From an uncultured archaeon (GTDB lineage: Archaea > Altiarchaeota > Altiarchaeia > IMC4 > SCGC-AAA252-I15), in assembly GCA_902384455.1 (NCBI GenBank), contig CABMCB010000064.1, positions 1 through 43,456 of the forward strand: DNA of 43,456 bases. Reading direction: 5' to 3'. The notes under the pieces were generated by a model. The model searched no databases, was not told the DNA's origin, and saw nothing but the letters and a program-made list of their open reading frames with translations. How positions within the stretch are numbered: position 1 is the stretch's first letter; every line of letters starts with the position of its first letter. The position numbers were made by a program, and so were the translations under genes. Positions 1-9,064 of the stretch are shown here, piece by piece.

Positions 1-2
1 AA

Positions 3-1358
3 ACCGCACCCGCACCCGACTCCTGCCCGGCTGGATACCTCTCCGTGTACGACAAACTATCCCTCCCCGACACCGGCACTGTTACCTTCGGCACTGGGGT
101 CTCAGTTTGCTACAACTGCCAATGCTTAACCTGCGACGCAGGATACTACCTGGTTTCATACGGACTCTGCCACCCTGAAAACTGAGGCGAAGACGACGAC
201 CTCTGCCCGGACGGATACATTTACGGGTACGACAACCTATGCCACCCCGAATGCGGAAACAGCGGAACATACTGCACAGGAAACTCAATGTGCTACAACG
301 GACAATGCCTCATCTGCGACGCAGGATACTACCTGGGAACAGACGGCAAATGCTACCCCGAATTAACCTGCGACAAAGGATACCTACTTGGCGAAGACGA
401 ATTATGCCACCCTGAATGCGGAAACAGCGGAACATACTGCACAGGAGACTCAATCTGCCTCAACAACCAATGCCTCATCTGCGACCCAGGATACTACCTA
501 GCAACAGACGGAAAATGCTACCCTGAAGAAGAAAACTGCGACTACGGATACGTCCTAGGAGAAGACGGCCTATGCCACAAACAATGCGGCCTCGAGAAGG
601 TGTATTGCACTGGGGATTCGCAGTGTTATTTTGGTCGGTGCGTTAGTTGCGACCCAGGGTATTACTTGGGGACTGACGGCAAGTGCTATTCTGAGAAAAC
701 TTGTGAATCAGGATACCTTCTGGGAGAAGACGACTTATGCCACCCCGAATGCGGCAACAGCGGAACATACTGCACAGGAGACAGCCAACGCTACAACGGC
801 CGCTGCATAAGCTGCAACCCAGGATACTACCTAGGAACAGACGGCCGATGCTATCCGTAAAAAACGTGTAATTCAGGATACATTCTGGGGGAAGATGATT
901 TATGCCATCCTGAATGTGGAAATTCCGGAACATACTGCGTAGGCGATTCGCAATGCTATAATGGGCGATGTGTAAGCTGCAACGCCGGATACTACTTAGG
1001 AACAGACGGGCGGTGTTATTCAGAGAAAAGCTGTAACTCAGGGTACATACTAGGCAACGACGATTTGTGTCACCCAGAATGCGGAAACAGCGGAACCTAT
1101 TGCACAGGAGACAGCCAATGCTACAACGGAAGATGCCTCTCCTGCAACGCCGGATACTACCTAGGCACAGACGGCAGATGCTACTCAGAAAAAAGCTGCA
1201 ACTCCGGCTACATCCTCGGCAACGACGACCTATGCCACCCAGAATGCGGCAACAGCGGAACATACTGCATAGCCGGCTCAATATGCTACTACGGCCGATG
1301 CCTAAGCTGCGACCCAGGATACTACCTTGCAACAGACGGACGATGCTATTCGTACTGA
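3..1358 (+). CDS. Cys-rich tandem-repeat (furin/EGF-like CxxCxxGYY) surface protein, 5'-truncated, interrupted by in-frame TGA (183-185) and TAA (858-860); disrupted gene or sequence errors
   Basis: ORFs 288..860 and 1065..1358 share a frame, and manual translation of 3-287 and 861-1064 continues the same repeat. The TAA lies where sister repeats encode Glu (CYPE/CYSE). Confidence 0.8.
24..1355 (+). repeat. Eight tandem coding repeats of about 165 bp (55 aa, 8 Cys each)
   Basis: Units start at 24, 204, 369, 537, 702, 867, 1032 and 1197; consensus CxxGYxLGxDxLCHPECGNSGTYCTGDSxCYNGxCxxCxxGYYLGTDGxCYxE. The first unit is degenerate. Confidence 0.95.
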
Positions 1359-1389
1359 AACAGAAATTAGAAAACTACAGATAGTCTAA

Positions 1390-1461
<72 letters not shown>

Positions 1462-1493
1462 GGCTGGTAGAGGATTATATGAGGAGGAATGAG

Positions 1494-1501
1494 TATTTAT
1501 G
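1494..1501 (-). promoter_or_regulatory. Putative TATA-like box (CATAAATA) for tRNA-Thr(UGU)
   Basis: The same octamer lies about 30 nt upstream of both tRNA genes (also 2306-2313), although the upstream regions are otherwise dissimilar. Confidence 0.45.
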
Positions 1502-1562
1502 CGTTTTGTTGGCTTGCTTTTGTGTCTCCTTTTATTCCGAGAATTTAGTTTGGCGTGTTGGG

Positions 1563-2168
1563 TCACTGCGTCGAGTGTATGGAGTTGTCTAGAGTGTATA
1601 TTTGCGCGAACCCTGGTTTCACGTCCAAAAGCGCCCAGCAGGCGTTCTTCTGCTTTATGTTCTTGCATTTGTCAAGAGGCAGCCCCAGCAGCGTGGAGAG
1701 GATGACGCGGTTCACCACGTTGTGGCCTACTGCTAATATTGTTGGGTTTCCTGGTTTCTGCGCCATCTTCTCGATTAGTGGCATTACTCGTGTTTGTACG
1801 TCAATGAGGCTTTCTCCGCCGGGAATTTTCTGCTGTGGATTCTCGAATATGTCAAGTAGGATGTTGGGGTATTTCGCGTCGGCTTCCTCGTGGCTTAATC
1901 CCGCAAGCTCGCCCATGTCAATCTCCCTCAGTTCATCGCAGTAGGTTACTTTGCAATCATGACACGCAAGGACTGCATCGCAGGTTTGGCGCGCGCGGTT
2001 GGCCGGGCTGCAGTAGGCCTCTGAAAACTTTTCGTTAGAAAGTCGCGCAGAGAGGACTTTGACTTGCCGCAGTCCGCGCTGCGACAGCTCGCCGCCCTCT
2101 TTTCCTCCGAGTATCACGGACTTGGTGTTCGCGGTCGTCTGCGCGTGCCGCACCAAAATGAATTTCAT
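1563..2168 (-). CDS. Histidine phosphatase family protein (CobC/GpmB/PhoE-like)
   Basis: N-terminal LVRHAQT (RHG variant), SPxxRAxQT, LREIDMG, GGES and late GH motifs. Confidence 0.9.
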   Translation of the reverse strand: MKFILVRHAQTTANTKSVILGGKEGGELSQRGLRQVKVLSARLSNEKFSEAYCSPANRARQTCDAVLACHDCKVTYCDELREIDMGELAGLSHEEADAKYPNILLDIFENPQQKIPGGESLIDVQTRVMPLIEKMAQKPGNPTILAVGHNVVNRVILSTLLGLPLDKCKNIKQKNACWALLDVKPGFAQIYTLDNSIHSTQ

Positions 2169-2188
2169 ACGAAGATATAGGGGTGAGG

Positions 2189-2195
2189 AAAAAAA
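2189..2195 (-). terminator. Oligo-T archaeal terminator after tRNA-Thr(CGU)
   Basis: T7 run on the minus strand about 10 nt past the tRNA 3' end. Similar T-tracts follow minus-strand genes at 25972-25978 and 30386-30391. Confidence 0.5.
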
Positions 2196-2204
2196 TATGC
2201 CGCT

Positions 2205-2276
2205 AGCCCCCGGGGGGAGTTGAACCCCCGACCTACTGATTACGAGTCAGTCGCTCTACCACTGAGCTACGGAGGC
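2205..2276 (-). tRNA. tRNA-Thr(CGU)
   Basis: Identical to the 1390-1461 tRNA except for the wobble base; anticodon CGT. Confidence 0.97.
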
Positions 2277-2304
2277 GGTGATAGGGGATATATCAGGCTA
2301 ATGG

Positions 2305-2766
2305 TTATTTATGTGTTTTTAGAAGAAGTTTCATGGCTGCTGCGGTCGAGGCTGCGGCGGTTGCGCTGGTTAGGAGGGTGACGGGGAGTGTGATGCATAT
2401 TGTTGATGCGGTGAATGCAGCTGCTGTGATGAACATTCCTTCAAGCTGGGAGCCGCTTCCTCCCAGTGAGAGTAATACGAGGACGACGAGTGAGAGCATG
2501 AGGGAGAAGATGGAGAGTGCGGAGAATGTGAGTAGCCCGTAGGTTAGTCCAACCGTAATGCTTATCGTTTTTACGTCGCCTTTTTTCTTTAGGCCGATTA
2601 GAAATGAGGATATTGCAGTCAGCAGTAGTATGAGTACTGCAGGGGTTATGAAGAGCAGCGGCCGGTCTATGATTAGCAACAGTAGGATTTGTGCGGCTGT
2701 TGAGGAGATAAATATGAGTAGTGACGCCAAACCAGCTAGTATTTCAAGTATATTGGGGTTGTTCAA
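2305..2766 (-). CDS. Hypothetical integral membrane protein (about 4 TM)
   Basis: Almost entirely hydrophobic 153-aa ORF with a TTG start; no recognised motif. Confidence 0.65.
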   Translation of the reverse strand: MNNPNILEILAGLASLLIFISSTAAQILLLLIIDRPLLFITPAVLILLLTAISSFLIGLKKKGDVKTISITVGLTYGLLTFSALSIFSLMLSLVVLVLLSLGGSGSQLEGMFITAAAFTASTICITLPVTLLTSATAAASTAAAMKLLLKTHK

Positions 2767-2857
2767 TGTTTTTTTCTCCGGCGTATGGTACGGGATGGGT
2801 TACTTTATTAGTTTGATTGAGTTCTTTGTTTCTTTTTGTTGCTGCCGCTGTCGCGGG

Positions 2858-3952
2858 TTACATTATTTCCTTAACTATTTTGTTGACTAGGTATCCTGTG
2901 GCCGCGCTTAATGCGAGTATTACGGCGTATATTATTGTGGCGGATGTGAGGGAGGTTATGTAGTGGGCGTCGCGCAGGTAGTTTAGGAAGATTACGTGGG
3001 AAAGGTATATGCCTAAGCTGTTTTCACCCAGGAAAGACAGAGATTTTAGGATGGGTGCTGGGATAAGTTTTCCGTGCTTTTGCAGGAAGTGCAGCGTAGC
3101 AAGGAAAACAAGCGCGGAGTATGTTATCAGGTACCATCTGTCAAAGCATATTCCGTAGACGCCAAACAGGGGAAAAAATAGTATGGTGAGGGTGTTTATT
3201 GTTGTTGTCGAACGTTTTGTGTTTGGCGTTGCTAGTCGGCTGCTTATGAGCATCCCGAACACCAGGAAGAACATTGTGAGAGTCAGGATGACTGAAGGCG
3301 GAAACATCTGCGAACTCAAATCCAAACGGGATAGCAAGAACAACGTTAGGAGTAGGGGGACCATTAATTTAGGGGTTCTATCAAACGCTTTGGCGAAAAA
3401 GGGGAACGCGATGTAGGCCGTAAATAGCAGGGGAATGAAGTAGTACACCAGCAGATTCCCCTGAGCTGTATCCAGGAGGAAGGCCTTAAACGTCTTTATG
3501 AGCCCGTCAGACGCGAGGTTAAACTTGTTGGGAGTACTTGCGAAAACAAGGGCGCAGAAGAAAACGTACGGCAAAAAGACTCTTTTAATTTTCGGCATAA
3601 AGTACCGGCCAAAAGACGAGTATTTTCCAGTCCTCTGCTGAAGCATCAGCGCGATTCCCGAGCAGATGAAAAAGAAGGGTACTGCCCATTGTTCCAGTCG
3701 TTCAGTCAGGTAGGCGTCGCATTCAAGAGAGCAGCCGGAAAAGACGCATTGACCAAGCCAAGGCGTGAGTCCGGAGGGGAAGTGTATCAGTATGACTGCG
3801 AGAATAGCAATCCCCCGTATGTAATCCAGTTCAGGTATCCTCTTTAGCGGAGCTTTTTGCGTTGGCGGCATATCAGGCGCTTTTACGCCCCACAATGCGT
3901 AAATCAGCAGCAGGAGAAACAGCAGCGGAGCGGCGGCGATTAAAACGGACAT
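2858..3952 (-). CDS. Acyltransferase family 3 (OafA-like) membrane O-acyltransferase
   Basis: RIPELDYIRGIAILAVILIH, AVPFFFICSG and LGENSLGIYLSH motifs; multiple TM segments. Confidence 0.88.
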   Translation of the reverse strand: MSVLIAAAPLLFLLLLIYALWGVKAPDMPPTQKAPLKRIPELDYIRGIAILAVILIHFPSGLTPWLGQCVFSGCSLECDAYLTERLEQWAVPFFFICSGIALMLQQRTGKYSSFGRYFMPKIKRVFLPYVFFCALVFASTPNKFNLASDGLIKTFKAFLLDTAQGNLLVYYFIPLLFTAYIAFPFFAKAFDRTPKLMVPLLLTLFLLSRLDLSSQMFPPSVILTLTMFFLVFGMLISSRLATPNTKRSTTTINTLTILFFPLFGVYGICFDRWYLITYSALVFLATLHFLQKHGKLIPAPILKSLSFLGENSLGIYLSHVIFLNYLRDAHYITSLTSATIIYAVILALSAATGYLVNKIVKEIM

Positions 3953-3984
3953 CTTCAGCGAAACATTATTGGGTGTAATGAGCC

Positions 3985-4773
3985 CTAACGCCTAAGTTCC
4001 TTGCTACGTTTTGTTGCGGCTGCGACAGTATCCCCGACTATCTTTGAGAAGTCGCTTTGGGTTAAGACTTTTAGGCCTTCTATTGTCGTGCCGCCGGGGC
4101 TTGCTACCATGTCGGTGAGTTCTTTAGGCGTTTTCCCCGTGGACAGTATCATTTCGGCTGCGCCTTTTGTGGTTTGCGCTGCGAGCTTCAAGCTTTCACT
4201 GTAGGATAACCCTTGTTTTTCGCCTGCTTTGGCGATTGCTTCTATGAATTGGTAGGCGTATGCTGGTCCGCTTCCGGATAGGCCGGTTATTGCGTCTAGT
4301 TGGTCTTCTGGTACTTCTGTTGCGACGCCTATTCCTGTGAGCAGTTTTTTGACGTAATCTGTGTCTTCGGTTGTTGCGCGTTTTCCTTTGGCGTAGCCTG
4401 CGGCAAGCAACCCCACCATTGCGGGGGTGTTCGGCATGACGCGTATTACGCGGGCGGCTTTGTCTAGGCGTCCTTCTATGTAGCCGGTTGTTATGCCTGC
4501 TGCGATGCTTACGAATAGTTTCCCGCCGCTTTCTTTTTTGATTGCTGATAACGCAGCCTCCATCGTTTGGGGTTTGACGCAGAGGAATACCACGTCGCTT
4601 TTTCTCACAAGCTCCGCCTCGTTTTCGGCGGCTTGAATGTTTAGTTCTTTTGCCGCTTCAGGGCGGGGGTCGTATGCTAATACGTCCTTTTTAGCAACTA
4701 GCTTTTTGTCGCAGAAAGCGCTGATGAGCGCGCTTCCCATGCGTCCTACACCTAGGAATCCTACGGTAGTCAT
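3985..4773 (-). CDS. proC: Pyrroline-5-carboxylate reductase
   Basis: GFLGVGRMG, VKPQ, SIAAG, RVMPNTP, GLSGSGPAY and SPGGTT motifs. Confidence 0.97.
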   Translation of the reverse strand: MTTVGFLGVGRMGSALISAFCDKKLVAKKDVLAYDPRPEAAKELNIQAAENEAELVRKSDVVFLCVKPQTMEAALSAIKKESGGKLFVSIAAGITTGYIEGRLDKAARVIRVMPNTPAMVGLLAAGYAKGKRATTEDTDYVKKLLTGIGVATEVPEDQLDAITGLSGSGPAYAYQFIEAIAKAGEKQGLSYSESLKLAAQTTKGAAEMILSTGKTPKELTDMVASPGGTTIEGLKVLTQSDFSKIVGDTVAAATKRSKELRR

Positions 4774-5252
4774 CGTCTGGTTATCACCCTATATGCGTAG
4801 AGGAATATAACCACCGGGAAAGTCGTGGCGCACAAAGCGTAGACGTGCTCTGAAGGAAGAATGCCAAGCAGAGGGTTTCCTTTGAAAGGCCAAAGGATAG
4901 GCATCTCAGGGTAGAGTATTGCGTCGAGCAGTATGTGGCTTAATGAGCCAATTAGCGCTGACGCAGCTACGCCTTTTGGAGTGTATTTTTGCGGCAGGTG
5001 AATGGCCGATTGGATTCGCATCAGGGGGGCGCGAAGATTCCATACTGCTGCCGCGATTATTGCCGCCGAAATTATCGCTCCTGGTACGTTGTGTAGTATT
5101 GTGTGGTAGAAGGGTTCGCCGCGCGCCAGATGGATTACGTGTTCTGCGTCTGGCGCAACTGAGGCTAATGCGAATGCTGCGATGCTTCCCGCAGGGTAGA
5201 TTAGCAATGCCAGAAGGAGCGCCGGCCCGAAGTGGAATGGAGTAAGCGGCAT
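4770..5252 (-). CDS. Membrane-bound metal-dependent hydrolase (YdjM/DUF4184-like)
   Basis: MPLTPFH N-terminus, PD, HxxxH, SHILLD and WPF motifs; 4-bp overlap with proC. Confidence 0.75.
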   Translation of the reverse strand: MPLTPFHFGPALLLALLIYPAGSIAAFALASVAPDAEHVIHLARGEPFYHTILHNVPGAIISAAIIAAAVWNLRAPLMRIQSAIHLPQKYTPKGVAASALIGSLSHILLDAILYPEMPILWPFKGNPLLGILPSEHVYALCATTFPVVIFLYAYRVITRR

Positions 5253-5321
5253 CGAATGTAATTCGGCTTGCGCCGAAATAAACGCCAGCCTGTTTTAAAC
5301 GGAGATGTAGATGAGGTAACC

Positions 5322-7319
5322 ATGAAAATAAAAGCGTTCGCCGCTTTAGCGCTTGGATTCATTTTGATTGCGACTATGCTACCTGCCTCGGCTGTGCAAA
5401 TTATCGTCGTTAACGAGACGGCCCCGCAGATTTACACGTTAGATGAAGTTACTGTGTCCGGCGACCTCTCAGGAAACGATTTGTCTTTCACTGGCACGGG
5501 AGACGTCATAAGCGGGGAAAACGTCAAAGTCTACTTGTTTGGGGGAGGCGAAGACGTACTTGTCAGGAACGTATTAGTAAACCGGGTTCAGACTCCAGTA
5601 GCATTCGACACCAAAGGATTCTTCTTCATAACAAACACCACAGGCCCCATGAAGATTCAGGGGGAACTTATTCTAAGGAAACCTGGCCAAGAATCGGTTT
5701 TCGTTCCAGGACCCATAAACCACCTTAAGTTCGATTTGACAGGAGGTTACGCGGTTGACGGCGAACGGTTTGGCGCTATAAGCGAAACCGTAGTCCTGCA
5801 ACGCAGTAAAACAGGCGCCCGCACAGTGCAAGGCGCATTCAAGTTCACCTACGCAGAAAGAAACACGTTCCAGTACCGCCTTGATTTGACAAGCTACGGG
5901 GAAGCATTCGGCACACTCAACATGCCGCTCATAAACGGCGAAACAGTACAATCAGTGGAAGGCACAGGAATACTAGACTGGAAGCAGGAAGGAAAAACAT
6001 TGCGCATAGAAATCTCAGGAGACAAAACAACCGTCACAATAGACGGATTCTTCACCAACACAGACCAACTGACGGTGCCGCTCAAAGACGGCCGCCACCA
6101 TGTTATTGTGGAAAGCGACCCTGAGAAGAAGATTACTGTTTCTACTGCCGCCAAGGAGCTTGACGTGTCTGAAAGCCCCATTCCGCCTTCATATGGTAAT
6201 GCCCGCGTGTTCCTTGCGGCAGACAACGAGTTCATTAAGGTTTCAGTTAAGACACTGGAGCTCGCGCCTAGTTTGGCCGCAAGCGTTAGTGATGCGCAGC
6301 ATATCATAGCGGTCACCAGTGAGGGTAGCGTGTTAGGCAACTTGGTGTTGTCTTATGCTAACACTGGGGTGGATTATTTAGAGATGAAGAACAAAGGAAA
6401 GCCGCTTTATGCGGCGACAGGAAGCGGTCCCGTGAAGTTGACGACAGATGGGGGTAAGCTGTTTTTGGCTCTGCCTAAGCAAAATTATGGCAGTCTTGAT
6501 TACTTGTATTTCATGTCGAGGGACCCGCTCGGTTTCGTGGATACTATTGATGTTCCGGGTGCTGAAACCGACATGCCTGAAACTCAGCGGAGAACCACTG
6601 TTTATATGCCCAAGGACTTTTTTGTTTTGTGGACTGAGGGCGCCGAAGGAGGAAGCGAACTGCCTACAGCTAAGGAGGTAGTGGCTTTCGTAGTTGTCGT
6701 TGGATTAATCGCTTACGCTTACCGGAGGAGTGCCGTGTTCACCTTCGCGTACATTGTTGCCGCATTGGGTGTTGCCGCTTTTGACGGAGGAATATTCCTC
6801 CTGATGCTGCTTATTACAGTCGCATTGATTGCCCGCAGGCACATGCCCAAGGACGAGCGCCTTAAGTACGTTGCGGCGGCTCTTGTGGTTTTAGTTGTGG
6901 GTTTTGCCGCAGTCATTGTGCTTGGAGGATTCCTTTTTGCCGCTCTCGGAGTTTTTGATGGTGGAACTTCACCTCCCGTGGTGTATGAGAAGGGATTGGA
7001 TTATGCGACCGTCTCTCAGGCGCCTATGCCCGAAGCGTTGGGGAGAAACATAGCCATGCTTTCGACTGGAGGCAAAGAAGGTAACATAGCGGTTCCAATC
7101 AGGGAAGGCGTGTTGCCGGTGAAACTGCAGCTGCCGTCTTTGGGTAAGCAAGTTTCTTTCACACACTACCTCGTGACTTCCGGAAAAGTGCCTGACGTCC
7201 GAGTCCACATCCTAAACAGAAACGCAGTCTACGTACTATACCTGATTTCGTTGATTGCAGGCGCATACGCCATATCCACAAGCAGGCAGCATACGCAGGC
7301 GAAAAAACACGCAGGGTAA
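5322..7319 (+). CDS. Large hypothetical envelope protein (signal peptide, beta-rich ectodomain, C-terminal multi-TM region)
   Basis: ATG at 5322 follows GAGGT and opens the signal peptide MKIKAFAALALG...ASA; about 5-6 TM helices near the C-terminus. Confidence 0.8.
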   Translation: MKIKAFAALALGFILIATMLPASAVQIIVVNETAPQIYTLDEVTVSGDLSGNDLSFTGTGDVISGENVKVYLFGGGEDVLVRNVLVNRVQTPVAFDTKGFFFITNTTGPMKIQGELILRKPGQESVFVPGPINHLKFDLTGGYAVDGERFGAISETVVLQRSKTGARTVQGAFKFTYAERNTFQYRLDLTSYGEAFGTLNMPLINGETVQSVEGTGILDWKQEGKTLRIEISGDKTTVTIDGFFTNTDQLTVPLKDGRHHVIVESDPEKKITVSTAAKELDVSESPIPPSYGNARVFLAADNEFIKVSVKTLELAPSLAASVSDAQHIIAVTSEGSVLGNLVLSYANTGVDYLEMKNKGKPLYAATGSGPVKLTTDGGKLFLALPKQNYGSLDYLYFMSRDPLGFVDTIDVPGAETDMPETQRRTTVYMPKDFFVLWTEGAEGGSELPTAKEVVAFVVVVGLIAYAYRRSAVFTFAYIVAALGVAAFDGGIFLLMLLITVALIARRHMPKDERLKYVAAALVVLVVGFAAVIVLGGFLFAALGVFDGGTSPPVVYEKGLDYATVSQAPMPEALGRNIAMLSTGGKEGNIAVPIREGVLPVKLQLPSLGKQVSFTHYLVTSGKVPDVRVHILNRNAVYVLYLISLIAGAYAISTSRQHTQAKKHAG

Positions 7320-7324
7320 GAGCC

Positions 7325-7792
7325 ATGAAGGCGCTTGTAGCGTACTACTCGCGCACTGGCACTACTAAGAAGGTGGCTGAAGCCGTCGCCAAAGAACTTT
7401 CCGCAGACTTAGACGAAATAATAGACGAAAAAAACAGGGGCGGCCCTCTGGGTTACATAACCGGCGGAAGAGACGCTTTCCTCAAAAAGCAGACTACAAT
7501 CAGGACGCAGAAAAACCCAGCAGACTACGACCTCGTAGTCGTAGCGACACCTGTGTGGGCAGACCTCCCAACGCCCGCTGCGCGGACGTACATAGAGCAG
7601 AACAAAGGGAAAATAAGGAAAAACGCCTTCCTAATCACGCAAGGAGGAAACAACCAAGAAAAACCCCTAAAAGAACTTGAACTCATCGCCGAAATGAAAC
7701 CGGCGGCCTTTCTTGCGTTGAGGACTAAGGAGGTTGCGGACGGAGAGTATTCGGCGAAAGTTAAGGAGTTCGCAGGGAAACTGAATATTTAA
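7325..7792 (+). CDS. Flavodoxin family protein
   Basis: YYSRTGTT FMN phosphate loop, ATPVW and TQGG motifs. Confidence 0.9.
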   Translation: MKALVAYYSRTGTTKKVAEAVAKELSADLDEIIDEKNRGGPLGYITGGRDAFLKKQTTIRTQKNPADYDLVVVATPVWADLPTPAARTYIEQNKGKIRKNAFLITQGGNNQEKPLKELELIAEMKPAAFLALRTKEVADGEYSAKVKEFAGKLNI

Positions 7793-8976
7793 TTTACAAT
7801 CTCGGCTTCCCTGTGTTTTCTGGCTATTGTGTCAGAGAGGGCGTCAAGTGCAGCGTAGTCTTTTTCAGTGGGGTGGCCTTTGACTGAGACTGCGCCTATG
7901 TTTTCTGCGTTTATGGCTGGCGTTAGTGCGGCGATTTGTTCGGGGGTTTTGCTTGCCCACCCGTAGGAGTTTATGACTGCGACGTATTTTGTTTTGGGTT
8001 TGAGGGCGTTAAGTAGCATTGCCGCGTATGCGACTGTGGGGTGCGGTCCCCCCAGGAATGTTGGGGTCGCTATTACTATTGTTGCGGCGTCCATTGAGGC
8101 GACCGCAAGTTTTCCTGCGTCCGTTTTCATCAGGTTGAATTGGTAGACTTTTACTCCTCTCTTCGTCAAAGCGTCAGACAAGTGGCATACCATCGCGTGA
8201 GTGCTAGCATGCATAGACACGTAAGGTATTACCACCGCGTTTTCCACCTTGTCGGAGGCCCATTCACGGTGGGCATTTAGTATGAACTGGGGTTTGTCGT
8301 AGAGGGGTCCGTGGCTTGGCGCAATGATTTGGACGTCAATTGAGTCTATTGTTTTAATGTGGTTTCTTATGAGAGTCTTGAAGGGCATCATTATGGTTGC
8401 GTAGTATAGTTTCGCCGCTTCCAAAACTTTCGATTCGTCTTTGGCGTACAGGTCGCTTGTCGCGAGGTGGCTTCCGAACAGGTCGCACGTGAAAAGTATT
8501 TTGTCTTCTTTTATGTATGTGAACATTGTTTCAGGCCAGTGGACCCACGGGGCGAGGATGAACTCCAACGTTTTGTCTCCGAGGCTTAGGGTGCCGTGGT
8601 TTTCGACGACGATGAATTTTTCTGCTGGAACGTGCAGGAGGTCAATGAGCATTCCCCTGCATTTTTCATTCGTCACCACCTTGGCTTCAGGATGGCGCTT
8701 CAGCATTTCCGGGATGGAGCCGGAGTGGTCTTGTTCCGCGTGGTTGGCTATGATGTAGTCGATTTTTTTGACGCCGACCTCCTTCAGGTTTCCTATGAGT
8801 TCATTTGTTTTAGTTGGGTCTACTGTGTCTATGAGGGCGATTTTTTCGCTTCCCTTAACTAAATATGAGTTGTAGCTTGTGCCGTCAGGAAGAGGAATTA
8901 CTTCGTCAAATATGCGCCTGTCCCAATCTACGGCACCAACCCAGTAGACGCCCTCGACGATTTTTCTTGCAGCCAT
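7789..8976 (-). CDS. fprA: Flavodiiron protein (A-type flavoprotein, O2/NO reductase)
   Basis: GTSYNSY, NHAEQDHSG, HWPE, TCDLFG and PSHG di-iron ligands plus a C-terminal flavodoxin domain. Confidence 0.95.
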   Translation of the reverse strand: MAARKIVEGVYWVGAVDWDRRIFDEVIPLPDGTSYNSYLVKGSEKIALIDTVDPTKTNELIGNLKEVGVKKIDYIIANHAEQDHSGSIPEMLKRHPEAKVVTNEKCRGMLIDLLHVPAEKFIVVENHGTLSLGDKTLEFILAPWVHWPETMFTYIKEDKILFTCDLFGSHLATSDLYAKDESKVLEAAKLYYATIMMPFKTLIRNHIKTIDSIDVQIIAPSHGPLYDKPQFILNAHREWASDKVENAVVIPYVSMHASTHAMVCHLSDALTKRGVKVYQFNLMKTDAGKLAVASMDAATIVIATPTFLGGPHPTVAYAAMLLNALKPKTKYVAVINSYGWASKTPEQIAALTPAINAENIGAVSVKGHPTEKDYAALDALSDTIARKHREAEIVN

Positions 8977-9064
8977 AACGCATCACCTGCCGTCCTGTAT
9001 TTACCTTGAGTGTTAATAAAAACCCGCAGCCAACGCTTAATTAGCATATTGCCGTATCATTAAC

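Noticed and set aside
183-185. In-frame TGA in a Cys-rich protein as selenocysteine or recoding
   Set aside because: It is not at a conserved Cys position, it lies in the degraded window-edge segment, and TGA, TAA and TAG all end well-conserved genes here.
24-1355. Repeats as a CRISPR array or DGR template/variable pair
   Set aside because: They are in-frame coding repeats without spacers, differences are mostly synonymous and not adenine-specific, and no reverse transcriptase or cas gene is present.
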